Positions 50,080 to 61,792 are shown, counted from the first letter of the stretch. The stretch is 64,000 nucleotides of DNA from Betaproteobacteria bacterium (GCA_947476535.1 CANJRC010000009.1:142-64141), one strand, 5' to 3'. The notes: generated by a model not told the origin, from the letters alone. Numbers and translations: made by a program.

Positions 50080-51642
50080 ATGGCCAGATCACCTGAAGAT
50101 TTCCTCGTTGCACTGTCGCGCCTACCCGCCGGCAGCAAGTTCTTCCTGCTGGTGGGCATTGCCCTTATAGCCGCCATCGGATCCGTGGCGTGGATGTGGG
50201 GCACGACCCCCGAGTATCGGGTGTTGTTCAGCAACATGTCGGACCGTGACGGCGCCTCCGTCGTTGCCTCTCTTGGACAGATGAATATCCCGTACAAGTT
50301 TGCCGAAGGCGGCGGGGCCATACTGGTACCTTCGGGGCAGGTGCACGAAACGCGATTGAAGCTCGCCTCCCAGGGTCTTCCCAAGGGATCGCTGGTCGGC
50401 TTCGAGATCATGGAGACCCAGAAATTCGGACTGACGCAGTTCCAGGAGCAGGTGAACTATCAGCGCGCGCTGGAAGGCGAACTGGCACGATCCATCCAGT
50501 CCCTCACCGCGGTTCAGGCGGCACGCGTGCACCTGGCGATACCGAAGGCCTCGGTGTTCCTGCGCGAGCAGCAAAAGCCCACTGCCTCGGTGCTGGTCAG
50601 CCTGCACCCGGGGCGCAACCTGGAACGCTCCCAGATCAACGGCATCGTGCATCTCGTATCCAGCAGTGTTCCGGAGTTGTCGCCGCGCAACGTTACCGTG
50701 CTCGACCAGCTTGGAAGCATGCTCAGCACCCCCAACGGGGAGCTGAACCTCGATCCCGCGCAATTGGCCTATGTGCAGCAGCTTGAAGCGAATGTCGTCA
50801 AGCGCATCCAGGAAATCCTGGAGCCCATCGTCGGCAGGACCAATGTTCGCGCCCAGGTCACTGCGGATATCGATTTCTCGCAAGGCGACATGACCTCCGA
50901 GTCCTACAAGCCCAACCAGGCATCCGGCGAAGGCGCCATCCGTACGCAACAATTCAGCGAGGCTGCCTCGACCCCGCTTGCCACTGCCCAGGGTGTGCCG
51001 GGTCCGGCATCCAACCAGCCGGGCGCCGGTGCAGCTGCGGGACCGACGAGCGCTGGATCAGGTGCCCGTCGTGAAACCGCGGTCAACTACGAGCTCGACC
51101 GCTCGGTCCGTCATGTGCGCCAGCCGGTTGGTGCCGTAAAGCGGCTGTCGGCGGCCGTGGTGGTCAATCACAAGAAGAGCATCAATGGTGAAGGAAAGAC
51201 GACGCTGACCCCACTGCAAGAAGAGACGGTCACCCAGATCACGGCGCTGGTCAAGGAGGCCATGGGATTCACGCAGGCCCGGGGCGATTCGCTCAACGTA
51301 GCCAATACCCCGTTCAACATCGAGACGCCGGAGGCACTTCCCGAAATACCGTTCTGGCAGGCCGCTGACAACATCGCACTGGCCAAGGAGGCCGGCCGTA
51401 CCGTCGTGCTCGGACTCGTATTCCTGTACCTGCTCATGGGGGTGATCCGCCCCTTGTTCCGCAAGATCGGCGACGCAGCAAGCGAGATCAGCTCGGAGCG
51501 GCAGGTCAACGCGATCGCGGCCCCTGCTGGCCCCACTCAGGTGGAAACGCAGAATAACCGACTGGAGTCGGTCCGCGAGCTGGCTCGGCAGGATCCGAAG
51601 GTGGTAGCCAACATCGTTCGCAACTGGGTATCCAAGGAATGA
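50080..51642 (+). CDS. fliF: flagellar MS-ring protein FliF
   Basis: 520 aa with N- and C-terminal transmembrane segments and conserved YRVLFSNMSDRDGASVVASL. Confidence 0.95.
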   Translation: MARSPEDFLVALSRLPAGSKFFLLVGIALIAAIGSVAWMWGTTPEYRVLFSNMSDRDGASVVASLGQMNIPYKFAEGGGAILVPSGQVHETRLKLASQGLPKGSLVGFEIMETQKFGLTQFQEQVNYQRALEGELARSIQSLTAVQAARVHLAIPKASVFLREQQKPTASVLVSLHPGRNLERSQINGIVHLVSSSVPELSPRNVTVLDQLGSMLSTPNGELNLDPAQLAYVQQLEANVVKRIQEILEPIVGRTNVRAQVTADIDFSQGDMTSESYKPNQASGEGAIRTQQFSEAASTPLATAQGVPGPASNQPGAGAAAGPTSAGSGARRETAVNYELDRSVRHVRQPVGAVKRLSAAVVVNHKKSINGEGKTTLTPLQEETVTQITALVKEAMGFTQARGDSLNVANTPFNIETPEALPEIPFWQAADNIALAKEAGRTVVLGLVFLYLLMGVIRPLFRKIGDAASEISSERQVNAIAAPAGPTQVETQNNRLESVRELARQDPKVVANIVRNWVSKE

Positions 51643-52634
51643 ACGACGACGGCATCACGAGCAGCGCGATCCTGCTGCTCTCGCTCGGAGAAGAGCAGGC
51701 AGCCGAGGTCTTCAAGCACCTGTCTCCTAAGGAAGTGCAGAAGCTTGGCCCCGCCATGTCCAAGCTGGGCAGCGTGTCCCGGGAGCAGATCGACCAGGTG
51801 ATCGACACCTTCACCAGCGAAGCCGGTCACCATTCGGCTCTCGGAATGAACTCGGACGACTACGTGCGCAAGGTCCTGGTCAAGGCGCTTGGCGAAGACA
51901 AGGCCGAGTTCCTGGTGGACCGCATCATGCAGGGGCGCGACACCAGCGGGATCGAAGGCCTTAAATGGATGGACGCCCCGACCATTGCCGAACTCATCAA
52001 GGGCGAACACCCGCAGATCATCGCGACCATCCTGGTCCACCTGGAACGCGACCAAGCCGCGGAGATTCTGAAATGCTTTGTCGATCGGCTACGCGACGAC
52101 GTGATCCTGCGCATCGCCACGCTAGACGGCATCCAACCCTCCGCCCTGCGCGAACTCAATGACGTGCTTTCCGAACTGCTCAGCGGAACTGACAACCTGA
52201 AAAAAACGGCCCTTGGCGGGGTGCGCCCGGCAGCCGAAATCCTCAATTTCGTCGGCACATCGATCGAAACAGCCGCCATCGACGCCATCCGTGAGCATGA
52301 CGCCGACCTGGCCCAGAAGATCCTCGATGAGATGTTCGTCTTCGAGAACCTGATCGACCTGGATGACCGCGGCATCCAGCTGATACTGCGCGAAGTACAG
52401 TCCGAATCGCTGATTGTCGCCCTCAAGGGAACTGATGAGGCGCTGCGCGAACGCATCTTCAAGAACATGTCGAACCGCGCAGCCGAGATGCTGCGCGAGG
52501 ATCTCGAGTCCAAGGGACCGGTCCGGGTGTCCGAAGTCGAGGCAGAACAGAAGGAAATCCTAAAGATTGTTCGCCGCCTGGCCGAAGAAGGACAAATCAC
52601 AATGGGAGGCGGTGGTGAAGACAGCTTCGTCTAG
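51639..52634 (+). CDS. fliG: flagellar motor switch protein FliG
   Basis: 331 aa. Has EVFKHLSPKEVQKL and MFVFENL. The start overlaps the fliF stop. Confidence 0.95.
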   Translation: MNDDGITSSAILLLSLGEEQAAEVFKHLSPKEVQKLGPAMSKLGSVSREQIDQVIDTFTSEAGHHSALGMNSDDYVRKVLVKALGEDKAEFLVDRIMQGRDTSGIEGLKWMDAPTIAELIKGEHPQIIATILVHLERDQAAEILKCFVDRLRDDVILRIATLDGIQPSALRELNDVLSELLSGTDNLKKTALGGVRPAAEILNFVGTSIETAAIDAIREHDADLAQKILDEMFVFENLIDLDDRGIQLILREVQSESLIVALKGTDEALRERIFKNMSNRAAEMLREDLESKGPVRVSEVEAEQKEILKIVRRLAEEGQITMGGGGEDSFV

Positions 52635-53241
52635 CTGGATCATTCCGAAGGAACAGTTGTCGGACATCCAGCGCTGGGAACTCATTCCCCTGGTGCAGCG
52701 CAACCAGGGGACGGTTCGGCCTGATCCCGCCGCCCCCCCGGCGCGACCGGCCGGCTTCGATGAAGGGTTTGCTGCTGGACAGAAGGCCGGCCAGGCTGTC
52801 GCCGCGCAACTCTCCGCTGCAGAGTCCGCAAGGCTCGCGACCCTGCTCGCCTCGGCACGGGCCGGCATGGTGACTCTCGGCGCAAGCGTCGCGCGCGACA
52901 CGGTCGAATTGGCAATGGCCATCGCCGCGCAGGTGGTCCGTCGCGAATTGACCCTGCAACCGGATGCCATCGTTACAGTCGTAGAAGAAACCTTGACACT
53001 CATGTCGCAGGACATGCAGGACGCGCAGCTGCACCTGCACCCAATGGATGCGAAGCTGGTGCAGGAACGCATCGGCGAAGATCTCGCGAGAAACCACTGG
53101 CGCATCGTCATCGATGACCGGATGAGCCCGGGGGGTTGCCGAGTCTCGGCCGCGTGCGGGGACATCGATGCAACGATCGACACGCGCTGGGCATCCGTGC
53201 TCACCGCCATTGGTAACGGCGATGAACCCCACGGCCAGTGA
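52612..53241 (+). CDS. fliH: flagellar export ATPase regulator FliH
   Basis: FliH-like sequence in the fliG-H-I order. A GTG start (52612 or 52615) follows GGGAGG. The start is uncertain. Confidence 0.75.
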   Translation: MVKTASSSWIIPKEQLSDIQRWELIPLVQRNQGTVRPDPAAPPARPAGFDEGFAAGQKAGQAVAAQLSAAESARLATLLASARAGMVTLGASVARDTVELAMAIAAQVVRRELTLQPDAIVTVVEETLTLMSQDMQDAQLHLHPMDAKLVQERIGEDLARNHWRIVIDDRMSPGGCRVSAACGDIDATIDTRWASVLTAIGNGDEPHGQ

Positions 53242-54661
53242 CGCCATGGAGGCGCCCCTCAGGCGCTACCTGCAGGACTGTCGAGAGTCGGTACTGGCAG
53301 TGGAGCCATTGCGCACACGCGGCCGACTGGTCCGGGTCGCGGGGCTGGTCATGGAAACCGTCGGACTCAAGCTGCCCGTGGGATCCACCTGCCTGATTGC
53401 GCAGGACAACGGCTTGCATGGCGAGGCGGAGGTGGTTGGGTTCTCCGGAGACCGCCTGTTCCTCATGCCCACCAGCGACATGCAGGGCGTGCGCTCGGGT
53501 GCGATTGTCACACCGATCGAACCGGTGCAGCACGTCCCACGCTTCGGTCACCCAAGTTACCCGCTGCGTCGCGCCGAAGACAGAACCCGGCGCCTTCCCG
53601 CCGGTTCGAACCTGCTCGGCAGGGTGCTCGATGGCGCGGGTATCCCCCTGGATCGACTGGGGCCGCTGACCTATGACCAGACGGTTCCACTGTCCAGCCG
53701 TCCGGTCAACCCGATCGATCGCGACCCGGTCTCCCAACCGCTCGATGTGGGTGTCAGGGCGATCAATGCCATGCTTACCGTGGGACGCGGGCAGCGCATG
53801 GGGCTGTTCGCGGGTAGCGGCGTGGGCAAGAGCGTGCTGCTGGGCATGATGGCCCGCTACACCGCGGCCGATGTGATCGTGGTCGGGCTCATCGGCGAGC
53901 GCGGCCGCGAAGTGAAGGAGTTCGTCGAGCAGATCCTGGGGCCGAGCGGCCTGGCGCGGGCAGTTGTGATAGCGGCCCCTGCCGATACCCCGCCGCTGAT
54001 GCGCCTGCAGGGTGCTGTCTATGCCTCGTCGCTTGCAGAGCATTTCCGCGACCAGGGAAAGCACGTGCTGCTGATCATGGATTCACTGACGCGCTACGCA
54101 ATGGCGCAGCGGGAAATTGCCCTCGCCATCGGCGAGCCCCCGGCAACCAAGGGCTACCCCCCATCGGTGTTCGCGCGGCTACCCCAATTGGTCGAACGTG
54201 CGGGCAACGGCGTATCGGGGACAGGCTCGATCACCGCGTTCTACACCGTGCTCACCGAAGGCGACGACCAGCAGGACCCCATTGCCGATTGCGCGCGCGC
54301 CATCCTCGATGGTCACGTCGTGCTGTCGCGTGCGCTGGCAGAACAAGGCCATTACCCTGCAATCGACATCGAGCAGTCGATCAGCCGGGTGATGCACACC
54401 ATTGCCGCCCCGGAAGACCTGCAGGCGGCACGCCGGCTGAAGCAATTGTATTCGCGGCTGCAGAAATCCCGTGACCTGATCGCTGTTGGAGCGTACATCC
54501 CCGGCAGCGATCCTATTCTGGACGAAGCGCTGATCCTGCAACCGCAGATCGAGGCCCTGTTGCAACAGGGCCTGGAGGAACGCGCCGATTTTTCCGGCAG
54601 CCAGTCCCGCCTGAAAGCGCTCTATCAACCCGCACGCATAACGGAGTCACGCCATGGATAA
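53222..54661 (+). CDS. fliI: flagellum-specific ATPase FliI
   Basis: 479 aa from MNPTASD, with Walker A GSGVGKS and Walker [10 protein letters not shown]. Confidence 0.95.
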   Translation: MNPTASDAMEAPLRRYLQDCRESVLAVEPLRTRGRLVRVAGLVMETVGLKLPVGSTCLIAQDNGLHGEAEVVGFSGDRLFLMPTSDMQGVRSGAIVTPIEPVQHVPRFGHPSYPLRRAEDRTRRLPAGSNLLGRVLDGAGIPLDRLGPLTYDQTVPLSSRPVNPIDRDPVSQPLDVGVRAINAMLTVGRGQRMGLFAGSGVGKSVLLGMMARYTAADVIVVGLIGERGREVKEFVEQILGPSGLARAVVIAAPADTPPLMRLQGAVYASSLAEHFRDQGKHVLLIMDSLTRYAMAQREIALAIGEPPATKGYPPSVFARLPQLVERAGNGVSGTGSITAFYTVLTEGDDQQDPIADCARAILDGHVVLSRALAEQGHYPAIDIEQSISRVMHTIAAPEDLQAARRLKQLYSRLQKSRDLIAVGAYIPGSDPILDEALILQPQIEALLQQGLEERADFSGSQSRLKALYQPARITESRHG

Positions 54662-55100
54662 CAACAGCACGGTAGACCTTCTCATCGAGATGGCGCGCAA
54701 AAAGCGTGACGAAGCCGCAGCCCGCATGGCGCAATCCCAGCTGCGTTGCCAGGAGACAGAAAAGAAGATGGGAGTCCTCAACCAGTACCTCTCCGAATAC
54801 CACACCCGTCAGCGCGGCGTAGGATGCACCGATGCGATCCTGCTCGCGAACTACCGAGCATTTCTGGAAAGGCTGGAGTCAGCGGCCTCCCGCCAGCAGT
54901 CGGAACTGCTGATGATGCGCAGGGACCTGCTGCAGAAGCGGCAGGCATGGGAGCGCGCATTGCAGCATTTCAAGTCCATTGAAGTCCTGCAGGAGCGCCG
55001 CGCGAGCACCGCCCGAATTACCGCTTCCCGCGCTCACCAGCGCGATCACGACAGTCTTGCAGCCCAAATGGCCGCCTACCCCATTGCCATGGCAGGCTGA
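54654..55100 (+). CDS. fliJ: flagellar export chaperone FliJ
   Basis: 148-aa coiled-coil protein directly after fliI. Confidence 0.85.
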   Translation: MDNNSTVDLLIEMARKKRDEAAARMAQSQLRCQETEKKMGVLNQYLSEYHTRQRGVGCTDAILLANYRAFLERLESAASRQQSELLMMRRDLLQKRQAWERALQHFKSIEVLQERRASTARITASRAHQRDHDSLAAQMAAYPIAMAG

Positions 55101-55101
55101 C

Positions 55102-56538
55102 ATGCAGGCCGGCCCCGTTCCGCAAGCTACCCGGTCAATCAGCTCCCATGGCGGCCCAACCACACCCGTAGGGACCTTCATCGATGGATCCGGAAATTTC
55201 GACGTCAGTTTCAGCGAATGCCTGGACAAGGCGTTGCCCCCACCAGAACCTACGAAATCCGCGGGCACCCACAAGGCAAGCGAGGACGGCCATCCGAAAG
55301 TAGCAGAGGAATCCGAGAACCCGCCCGACACGAAATTCGTGCCGGATGCGCCTCCCCTCAACCTCGTCGCATTACTGTCATTAGTCACCAGCCCGGAACA
55401 ATCCACAACCGAACGTTCACTTGGGGGCAGTGCATCGGAGCAGGCACACCCTGCCACTGGCGACATTGCTCTGGCCCCACGATCGACGCTCGAGTCGGCG
55501 TCCGCCGTCGAGGCGGCGCTAGGTTTCGGCAAAAACACCGACGACTCGACCACCGTTATGTCGGCGACGCAGGACGATCCGGCTTCCCGTGTCACCAAGT
55601 TACGAGGCTCTCCCCGTGAATCCGCCGACGGGTTGCAGCCTGCCTCCGGCCCTGCCGCGGCCATCAACGACGCATCGTTGCGCAGAACCCGGGGCAATGC
55701 CGAGACACGCGCGGAACAGCTTGCGACAGGCTTCGACAGCGAGCGGCGCGGCCTGAGGACCATGGCACAGCCAGAGAATGGCGCGGAGTACACGACCGCG
55801 CGGAATGCATTGCCACCGCGAGGCTTGCATGCCGCGCAGTCAGACTCCGATAGCGGCTCACCTTCCAACCAGAGACGACCCGCCCCATGGAACACCAACA
55901 ACGAGCGTATCGAACCGAAGGATGTCGCGGCAAGGCACAGTGCATTCGGCGAAGGTTTTTCCTTCGCCGCCCCGGTTCAGTCTCTTGCAGCCCTCGCCGC
56001 TGAAGGCAAGGGCATTGCATCACCCGCGCCGGACGCCGACAGAAGTCCGCTCCTCGGTGTTGAACGCGATTCCATCCCGGCGAACCCAGCGCCAATCATG
56101 AGCCCGTCAGACGCGCCGGAACAAGTCGTAAAGATTTCCAGCCACCCGACACGCCCCGAATGGCGCAGCGAATTCCTTCGCGGCATGCAGGTACTGGTCA
56201 CCGATCGTGTGCAGGTTGCCGAACTGCAATTGAACCCGGCAAACATGGGGCCGGTGAGTGTGCAAATCACGATCAACGAGCATCAGGCGAATATCATATT
56301 CGGCGCATCCCACGACGAAACGCGACGCGCCATTGAGCAGGCATTGCCGCAGCTTCGAGACCTGCTCAACGCGTCAGGCATACAGCTGGACAGTGCCTCC
56401 GTCGGCGACCAGGCATCGCGCCAACCGGGTAACTCGCCGGCCGCTGCGCGCACGCCGCGCGCCGAAGATGCTCCTGCACCGCCCCTGAGAGTTCCCCCTG
56501 CCAGGCGAAGTCAGCACCTGCTCGACACCTATGCCTGA
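55102..56538 (+). CDS. fliK: hook-length control protein FliK
   Basis: 478 aa from MQAGPVP. Pro/Ser/Ala-rich ruler region and C-domain AELQLNPANMGPVSVQITINEHQANIIFGA. Confidence 0.85.
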   Translation: MQAGPVPQATRSISSHGGPTTPVGTFIDGSGNFDVSFSECLDKALPPPEPTKSAGTHKASEDGHPKVAEESENPPDTKFVPDAPPLNLVALLSLVTSPEQSTTERSLGGSASEQAHPATGDIALAPRSTLESASAVEAALGFGKNTDDSTTVMSATQDDPASRVTKLRGSPRESADGLQPASGPAAAINDASLRRTRGNAETRAEQLATGFDSERRGLRTMAQPENGAEYTTARNALPPRGLHAAQSDSDSGSPSNQRRPAPWNTNNERIEPKDVAARHSAFGEGFSFAAPVQSLAALAAEGKGIASPAPDADRSPLLGVERDSIPANPAPIMSPSDAPEQVVKISSHPTRPEWRSEFLRGMQVLVTDRVQVAELQLNPANMGPVSVQITINEHQANIIFGASHDETRRAIEQALPQLRDLLNASGIQLDSASVGDQASRQPGNSPAAARTPRAEDAPAPPLRVPPARRSQHLLDTYA

Positions 56539-56658
56539 TGGAACACCCGATATATGGCCACTTTCCTGCTTTGATCCGGACTTAAGCACCCCCACCCAAC
56601 CGGATAATCACTACCAGAGCGATTCGATCGCTGATCTTGTCTCCTTGGGCTGACCACA

Positions 56659-57183
56659 ATGGCAAAAGAGAAACCCAAATCCCCGGCGAACGAAAAGCCC
56701 GCCGATTCCGATGCGCCTGAACAAGCCGCGGCGAAACCTAAGTCAGGCAAACGGCGGAAGGTCATCATGCTGCTCGCAGCGCTTCTGCTTGCCTCGGGTG
56801 GCGGCGGCGGCTGGTTCTACATGCGCGGGTCGCAAGCCAACGCGAAGACCGCCGAACCGGTCCACAAGGCGGCTCCACCGACTTTCGTCAGCCTGGAAAC
56901 ATTCACCGTGAACCTCGCGGACCGGGAGCACTTCCTGCAGCTCGGCGTAGCCTATGAGGTGAAAGGCACCACGATCATCGACGCGATGAAGATCCATATG
57001 CCGATACTGCGCAGCCGAATCCTGCTGCTGCTATCGAGCAGGTCTTCTGACGACCTCGGCTCGCCGGATGGCAAGACGAAACTGGCCGAGCAACTCGTCG
57101 CGCTGGCACGCGAAGCGATTCCAGTGGAAGAGCCCGACAAGACCATCGCGGCCGTCCATTTCTCAGCCTTCGTCATTCAATAG
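56659..57183 (+). CDS. fliL: flagellar basal-body-associated protein FliL
   Basis: 174 aa with a single transmembrane segment and FVSLETFTVNLAD. Confidence 0.9.
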   Translation: MAKEKPKSPANEKPADSDAPEQAAAKPKSGKRRKVIMLLAALLLASGGGGGWFYMRGSQANAKTAEPVHKAAPPTFVSLETFTVNLADREHFLQLGVAYEVKGTTIIDAMKIHMPILRSRILLLLSSRSSDDLGSPDGKTKLAEQLVALAREAIPVEEPDKTIAAVHFSAFVIQ

Positions 57184-57218
57184 CCACGTCGCAGCGACGC
57201 ACTACGGCAGCGGACCCA

Positions 57219-58223
57219 ATGTCCAACGACATACTCACCCAGGATGAAGTAGACGCACTGCTCAAGGGCGTCTCGGGCGAAAAAATAGGCGATGCGCCGG
57301 AAACCTCGGCGGAGGGCATTCGCCCCTACAACCTGGCAACACAGGAGCGCATCGTTCGCGGGCGCATGCCCACCCTCGAGATCATCAACGACAGATTCGC
57401 CCGACTCTTGAGGATTGGCTTGTTCAACCTGATCCGAAGGCACCCCGAAGTCTCCGTGGGCCCGGTCAAGGTGCAGAAGTACGGCGAGTTCGTGCGCAAC
57501 CTGGTGGTTCCCACGAACCTGAACGTCATGCAGGTGAAGCCCCTCCGAGGCAACGGTCTGATCGTATTGGAACCCAACCTCATATTCACGGTTGTGGACA
57601 ACATGTTCGGCGGCGACGGGCGCTTCCACATGCGCGTGGAAGGGCGCGATTTCACGCAGACCGAACAGCGCATCATCCTGAAAATCCTGTCAGTGGTCTG
57701 CGAGGAGTACCAGAAGTCCTGGGCGCCCGTATATCCGCTCACCTTTGAACATGTCCGCTCCGAGATGCACACGCAATTCGCCAATATTGCAACGCCCGGC
57801 GAAGTGGTCGTGGTCTGCCAGTTCAGCATCGAAATCGGGCCTGCTGGTGGCCAAATTCATGTCTGCCTTCCCTATTCGATGCTGGAACCCATACGCGACG
57901 TCCTCTACAGCGCGCTACAGGGAGATAACACCGAACCGGACAGGCGCTGGCTGCGCATGCTCTCCAAGCAGGTGCAGATCGCCGAAGTGGATCTTGTTAC
58001 CAACCTCGCGCGCATCCCTGCCACTGTCGAGCAGCTCCTCGCAATGAAGGTGGGCGACGTGATTGCGATCGACCTCGAGGAAGAAGTTGTCGCAGAAGTA
58101 GACGGCGTACCGATATTTTCCTGCCGTTACGGAACCCTGAACGGCCAGTACGCAATCAAGGTGGACAAGGTGCTGGCCGTATCGCCCTCGGACAATCTGC
58201 TGGGAGACCAGAATGAGCAATGA
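57219..58223 (+). CDS. fliM: flagellar motor switch protein FliM
   Basis: 334 aa with the N-terminal CheY-P binding peptile-like segment ILTQDEVDALL. Confidence 0.95.
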   Translation: MSNDILTQDEVDALLKGVSGEKIGDAPETSAEGIRPYNLATQERIVRGRMPTLEIINDRFARLLRIGLFNLIRRHPEVSVGPVKVQKYGEFVRNLVVPTNLNVMQVKPLRGNGLIVLEPNLIFTVVDNMFGGDGRFHMRVEGRDFTQTEQRIILKILSVVCEEYQKSWAPVYPLTFEHVRSEMHTQFANIATPGEVVVVCQFSIEIGPAGGQIHVCLPYSMLEPIRDVLYSALQGDNTEPDRRWLRMLSKQVQIAEVDLVTNLARIPATVEQLLAMKVGDVIAIDLEEEVVAEVDGVPIFSCRYGTLNGQYAIKVDKVLAVSPSDNLLGDQNEQ

Positions 58224-58638
58224 AACTGGCGTGGTAGACGACTGGGCTGCCGCCCTAGCCGAACAATCTGCGACCACATCAAGCGCGGCGGCGACGCCGC
58301 CAGCGGCAAACGCCGCGACCGTGCAAAAACAGTTGTTCGAAAAATTCAGTCCCACGGGGACAAACCCGGCGGCAACGCACGACATTGACATGATCCTCGA
58401 CATCCCGGTGCAACTCACCGTGGAACTCGGGCGCACGCGCATTCCGATCAAGCAGATTCTTCAGTTGGCGCAGGGCTCCGTGGTCGAACTCGACGGACTG
58501 GCCGGCGAGCCCATGGATGTCCTTGTCAACGGTTGCCTGATCGCCCAGGGTGAAGTCGTCGTCGTGAACGACAAGTTCGGGATCCGGCTCACCGACATCG
58601 TCACGCCCTCTGAACGCATCCGCAGGCTGAACCGCTGA
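58213..58638 (+). CDS. fliN: flagellar motor switch protein FliN
   Basis: 141 aa with a C-terminal SpoA domain (ILDIPVQLTVELGRTRIPIKQIL). Confidence 0.95.
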   Translation: MSNETGVVDDWAAALAEQSATTSSAAATPPAANAATVQKQLFEKFSPTGTNPAATHDIDMILDIPVQLTVELGRTRIPIKQILQLAQGSVVELDGLAGEPMDVLVNGCLIAQGEVVVVNDKFGIRLTDIVTPSERIRRLNR

Positions 58639-59048
58639 TGCGCCTGCAACTGGCGCTCTGCGGAACGGCGTTCGCTCCATGCGCATTCGCCGGCGACGCG
58701 CCACTCCCGGGAGTCTATTCCGGGATGCTGCAGTCGTTCCTGGCGCTGGCGCTGGTAGTGGGCGCCATCGTCGCCGTCGCCTGGATGCTGAAGCGGGTCG
58801 CGCGCCCGGCCACCGGCGCGTCGCAACTGCTCAAGGTTGTTGGAACGCATTCGCTGGGACCGCGCGAGCGATTGGTGGTGGTCGAGGTCGGCGAGTCCTG
58901 GCTGGTGCTGGGCGTGACCGGACAGTCGATCAACTCCCTGCACACGATGGCGAGGCAGGAAGGCAGCATGGCCGCCTCGCCGGAACATCCCGGTTTCGAT
59001 TTTTCGCGCATCCTTTCCCGGGCACTCGGCCGTGAAACAAAAAACTAA
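58638..59048 (+). CDS. fliO: flagellar export protein FliO
   Basis: 136 aa with a single transmembrane segment, in the conserved position before fliP. Confidence 0.75.
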   Translation: MRLQLALCGTAFAPCAFAGDAPLPGVYSGMLQSFLALALVVGAIVAVAWMLKRVARPATGASQLLKVVGTHSLGPRERLVVVEVGESWLVLGVTGQSINSLHTMARQEGSMAASPEHPGFDFSRILSRALGRETKN

Positions 59049-59811
59049 TTTTCGGTCCACGACGCTGCCAACGCTCCTGGGTTCGCTGTGCCTGGGTTTG
59101 TTGCTCCTGGGCGTGTCCGGCAGCACCATCGCGCAAAGCGCATTGTCGCTGACCTCGACGCCGGCCCGGGGTGGCTCCCAGGTGTACTCGATACCGGTGC
59201 AGACGCTGCTGGTCCTGACCGCGTTGTCTTTTGTGCCCGCGGTCGTTCTGCTGATGACCAGCTTCACCCGCATCATCATCGTATTGGCGCTCCTGCGCCA
59301 CGCCCTGGGAACACAATCAACGCCACCCAACCAGGTCCTCATTGGCCTCGCGCTGTTCCTGACCTTGTTCGTGATGACCCCGGTGCTGGACCGCATTTAC
59401 AAGGATGCCTACCAGCCGCTGGTCGAGCAAAAAATAGACTTCATGCAGGCTGGAGAGCGTGCCATACCACCGCTGAAGGCGTTCATGCTCAAGCAAACAC
59501 GAGAACCAGACCTTGCGCTGTTCATGAAGTTGGCCGGCGAGCCGGCGGCAACCACTACCGATGCCATTCCGTTTCGCGTCGTGGTGCCGGCATTCGTCAC
59601 CAGCGAGTTGAAGACCGCATTCCAGATCGGATTCATGATCTTCATTCCGTTCCTGATCATCGACCTGGTCGTGGCCAGCGTCCTCATGTCCATGGGGATG
59701 ATGATGCTGTCTCCGGTGCTGATATCGCTGCCCTTCAAGTTGATGCTGTTTGTTCTCGTGGACGGCTGGAACCTGCTCATTGGCTCGCTCGCCGCGAGTT
59801 TCGGATCATGA
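59032..59811 (+). CDS. fliP: flagellar export gate protein FliP
   Basis: 259 aa with typical FliP sequence ([18 protein letters not shown]). Confidence 0.95.
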   Translation: MKQKTNFRSTTLPTLLGSLCLGLLLLGVSGSTIAQSALSLTSTPARGGSQVYSIPVQTLLVLTALSFVPAVVLLMTSFTRIIIVLALLRHALGTQSTPPNQVLIGLALFLTLFVMTPVLDRIYKDAYQPLVEQKIDFMQAGERAIPPLKAFMLKQTREPDLALFMKLAGEPAATTTDAIPFRVVVPAFVTSELKTAFQIGFMIFIPFLIIDLVVASVLMSMGMMMLSPVLISLPFKLMLFVLVDGWNLLIGSLAASFGS

Positions 59812-60077
59812 ATCCCCAGGACGTGATGACCATCGGCCAGGAGGCGATCTACGTAGCCGTTCTGGTTTCCGCGCCGCTCCTGCTGACCGCGCTCGCCGTG
59901 GGCCTGACAATCAGCATCATTCAGGCGGCCACGCAGATCAACGAAATGACGCTGTCGTTCATCCCGAAGTTGCTCGCCATCTTTGCGGCCCTGGTCATCG
60001 CCGGCCCGTGGATGCTGTCTTTTTTCGCCGATTACATGACTCGCATGCTGCACAACATCGGCACCATCCTGGTCTGA
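59808..60077 (+). CDS. fliQ: flagellar export gate protein FliQ
   Basis: 89 aa from [15 protein letters not shown]. The ATG overlaps the fliP stop (ATGA). The gene is embedded in the longer ORF-track frame 59088..60077. Confidence 0.9.
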   Translation: MNPQDVMTIGQEAIYVAVLVSAPLLLTALAVGLTISIIQAATQINEMTLSFIPKLLAIFAALVIAGPWMLSFFADYMTRMLHNIGTILV

Positions 60078-60084
60078 TCCGCAC

Positions 60085-60846
60085 GTGCTGCAAGTCACCT
60101 CGTTGCAACTGGAAGCTTGGGTGGCGCAGTTCATCTGGCCGTTCTTCCGCCTGCTCGCGCTATTCCTGATGGCACCGCTCTTCTCCCATACCGTCATCCC
60201 GAATACGACGAAGATTGCCGTCGCCCTTGCGATCACCCTGGTCATTGCCCCGCTTCTGCCGTCACCGCCCGCAATCGCATTGGGTAGCGCGGCCACGTGG
60301 ATGCTGGTTGCAGAGCAAATGCTGGTGGGGTTCACCATCGGCTTTTGCCTGCAAATCGTCTTCGCCGCGCTGGAACTGGCCGGCGACATGATCGGGCTGC
60401 AGATGGGCATCGGCTTTGCGACCTTCATTGACCCGCAGAACAGCGTTCAGACTCCGCTCATCGGCAGTTTTCTCAGCATGCTGGCAACATTGTTATTCCT
60501 GGGCATCAATGGTCACCTGCTGGTGCTGAATGCACTGGTGGAAAGCTTTGCAATTGTTCCCATCGGGTCAGGAAGTTCGGGGTTGCTGCGCTGGGAACAC
60601 TTCGCCTCACTGGGTAGCCAGTTGTTTTCCCTTGGCCTGCAGATTGCGATCCCGCTCCTCGTGACCATGCTGCTTTGCAACCTCGCCCTGGGCGTGATGG
60701 CGCGCGCGGCACCTCAACTGAACCTGTTCAGTATCGGATTCCCGCTCACGGTGCTGACCGGACTGGTTGTCCTGGTTCTATTCCTGCCGCACCTCGGAGC
60801 GCCATTGGAGGCGGCCATTCACCAGGGACTGCGGCTCTGGCAATGA
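60085..60846 (+). CDS. fliR: flagellar export gate protein FliR
   Basis: 253-aa polytopic membrane protein with a GTG start, following fliQ. Confidence 0.9.
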   Translation: MLQVTSLQLEAWVAQFIWPFFRLLALFLMAPLFSHTVIPNTTKIAVALAITLVIAPLLPSPPAIALGSAATWMLVAEQMLVGFTIGFCLQIVFAALELAGDMIGLQMGIGFATFIDPQNSVQTPLIGSFLSMLATLLFLGINGHLLVLNALVESFAIVPIGSGSSGLLRWEHFASLGSQLFSLGLQIAIPLLVTMLLCNLALGVMARAAPQLNLFSIGFPLTVLTGLVVLVLFLPHLGAPLEAAIHQGLRLWQ

Positions 60847-60919
60847 CCATAGCGGCGCCCAGGCATTGCCGGCGGGGCTCACGCCGGACCAGCCCCCCGT
60901 TCGTTCGCGCGACCCCGGA

Positions 60920-61792
60920 TCAGCCGTCCGTTGCGTGCGACGGTTGCACCAGTTCCCGGATGCGCTCCGGCGTCGTGGACAGCAGTTCAGCTGCCTCCTT
61001 GTAGTCGTCAGGCAGGGCTGCGTTATCCCATCCGTGCATGGAGTGGCGGGCGATGTTGACCGCCAGCAAGACATTACGCACGCCCGGGCTTTCGGCGTGC
61101 TCGTCATCCATCATTCTCACCAGCAACCCCGGCAACCCCCAGCTTCGTATCAACTCAATCTGCAATCCGTTCAGGCGAATGCCAAACACAGTCTCTTGCG
61201 CGTTCACGCTGCGTAGTTGCGGGTTGGCTGCCAGGCGCCCCTCAACCTCCAGCGCGAGCGCGGGCGCGTACCACCAGATCGACATTTCAGCCAGGTCATG
61301 CAGCATTGCCGAAATCATGATTTCCTCAAAATTCCGGTCGTTCCGCCAGGCCGCAAACTGACCGGCGATCTCGGCCGCCCGTCGCGCGCGCTGAATGACC
61401 CGGATGAGCCCGAAAAGCGCTGGGGTGTTGCCTCGCAGCACATCCTCGATCAGGGGGGCCTGCGCGAATGCGCGCAGGAATGGCGGGACGCCGAGCATGA
61501 CGATATTGCGGTCCACCGTGGTGATGTCTGCGAGCTTGCGGGCTCCCGTGACCCGTTGGAGGTGAACGTACAGTTTCGCCGTCATCATCGGATCCCGGAG
61601 GACAACCTGCGCGATATCACGCGGACTGAGTTCCTCATCGCCCTCTGCCGCCATGCGTGCAAACTGTCGCGCCGTGGCGCGCAGGATTGGCAGGTCGGCG
61701 CCGCTCAGCCGCTCAACCCAGCACTCTAGGTTGCAGGCAATTCGTTCGGCAGCAACGTCAAGCGACTGACACGGGTCTCGCAAGTGTTCCAT
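60920..61792 (-). CDS. HDOD-domain signalling protein
   Basis: HDOD-like core (LPILRATARQF...MLHDLAEMSIWW). The start is uncertain: 61792 or 61864. The ORF-track start at 62002 lies inside a terminator hairpin. Confidence 0.65.
   Translation of the reverse strand: MEHLRDPCQSLDVAAERIACNLECWVERLSGADLPILRATARQFARMAAEGDEELSPRDIAQVVLRDPMMTAKLYVHLQRVTGARKLADITTVDRNIVMLGVPPFLRAFAQAPLIEDVLRGNTPALFGLIRVIQRARRAAEIAGQFAAWRNDRNFEEIMISAMLHDLAEMSIWWYAPALALEVEGRLAANPQLRSVNAQETVFGIRLNGLQIELIRSWGLPGLLVRMMDDEHAESPGVRNVLLAVNIARHSMHGWDNAALPDDYKEAAELLSTTPERIRELVQPSHATDG

Noticed and set aside
56581-56607. Possible FliA promoter upstream of fliL (TTAAGCAC...CCGGATAA)
   Set aside because: Both boxes match the consensus poorly, and fliL operons are usually class II. 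The evidence is too weak to call.
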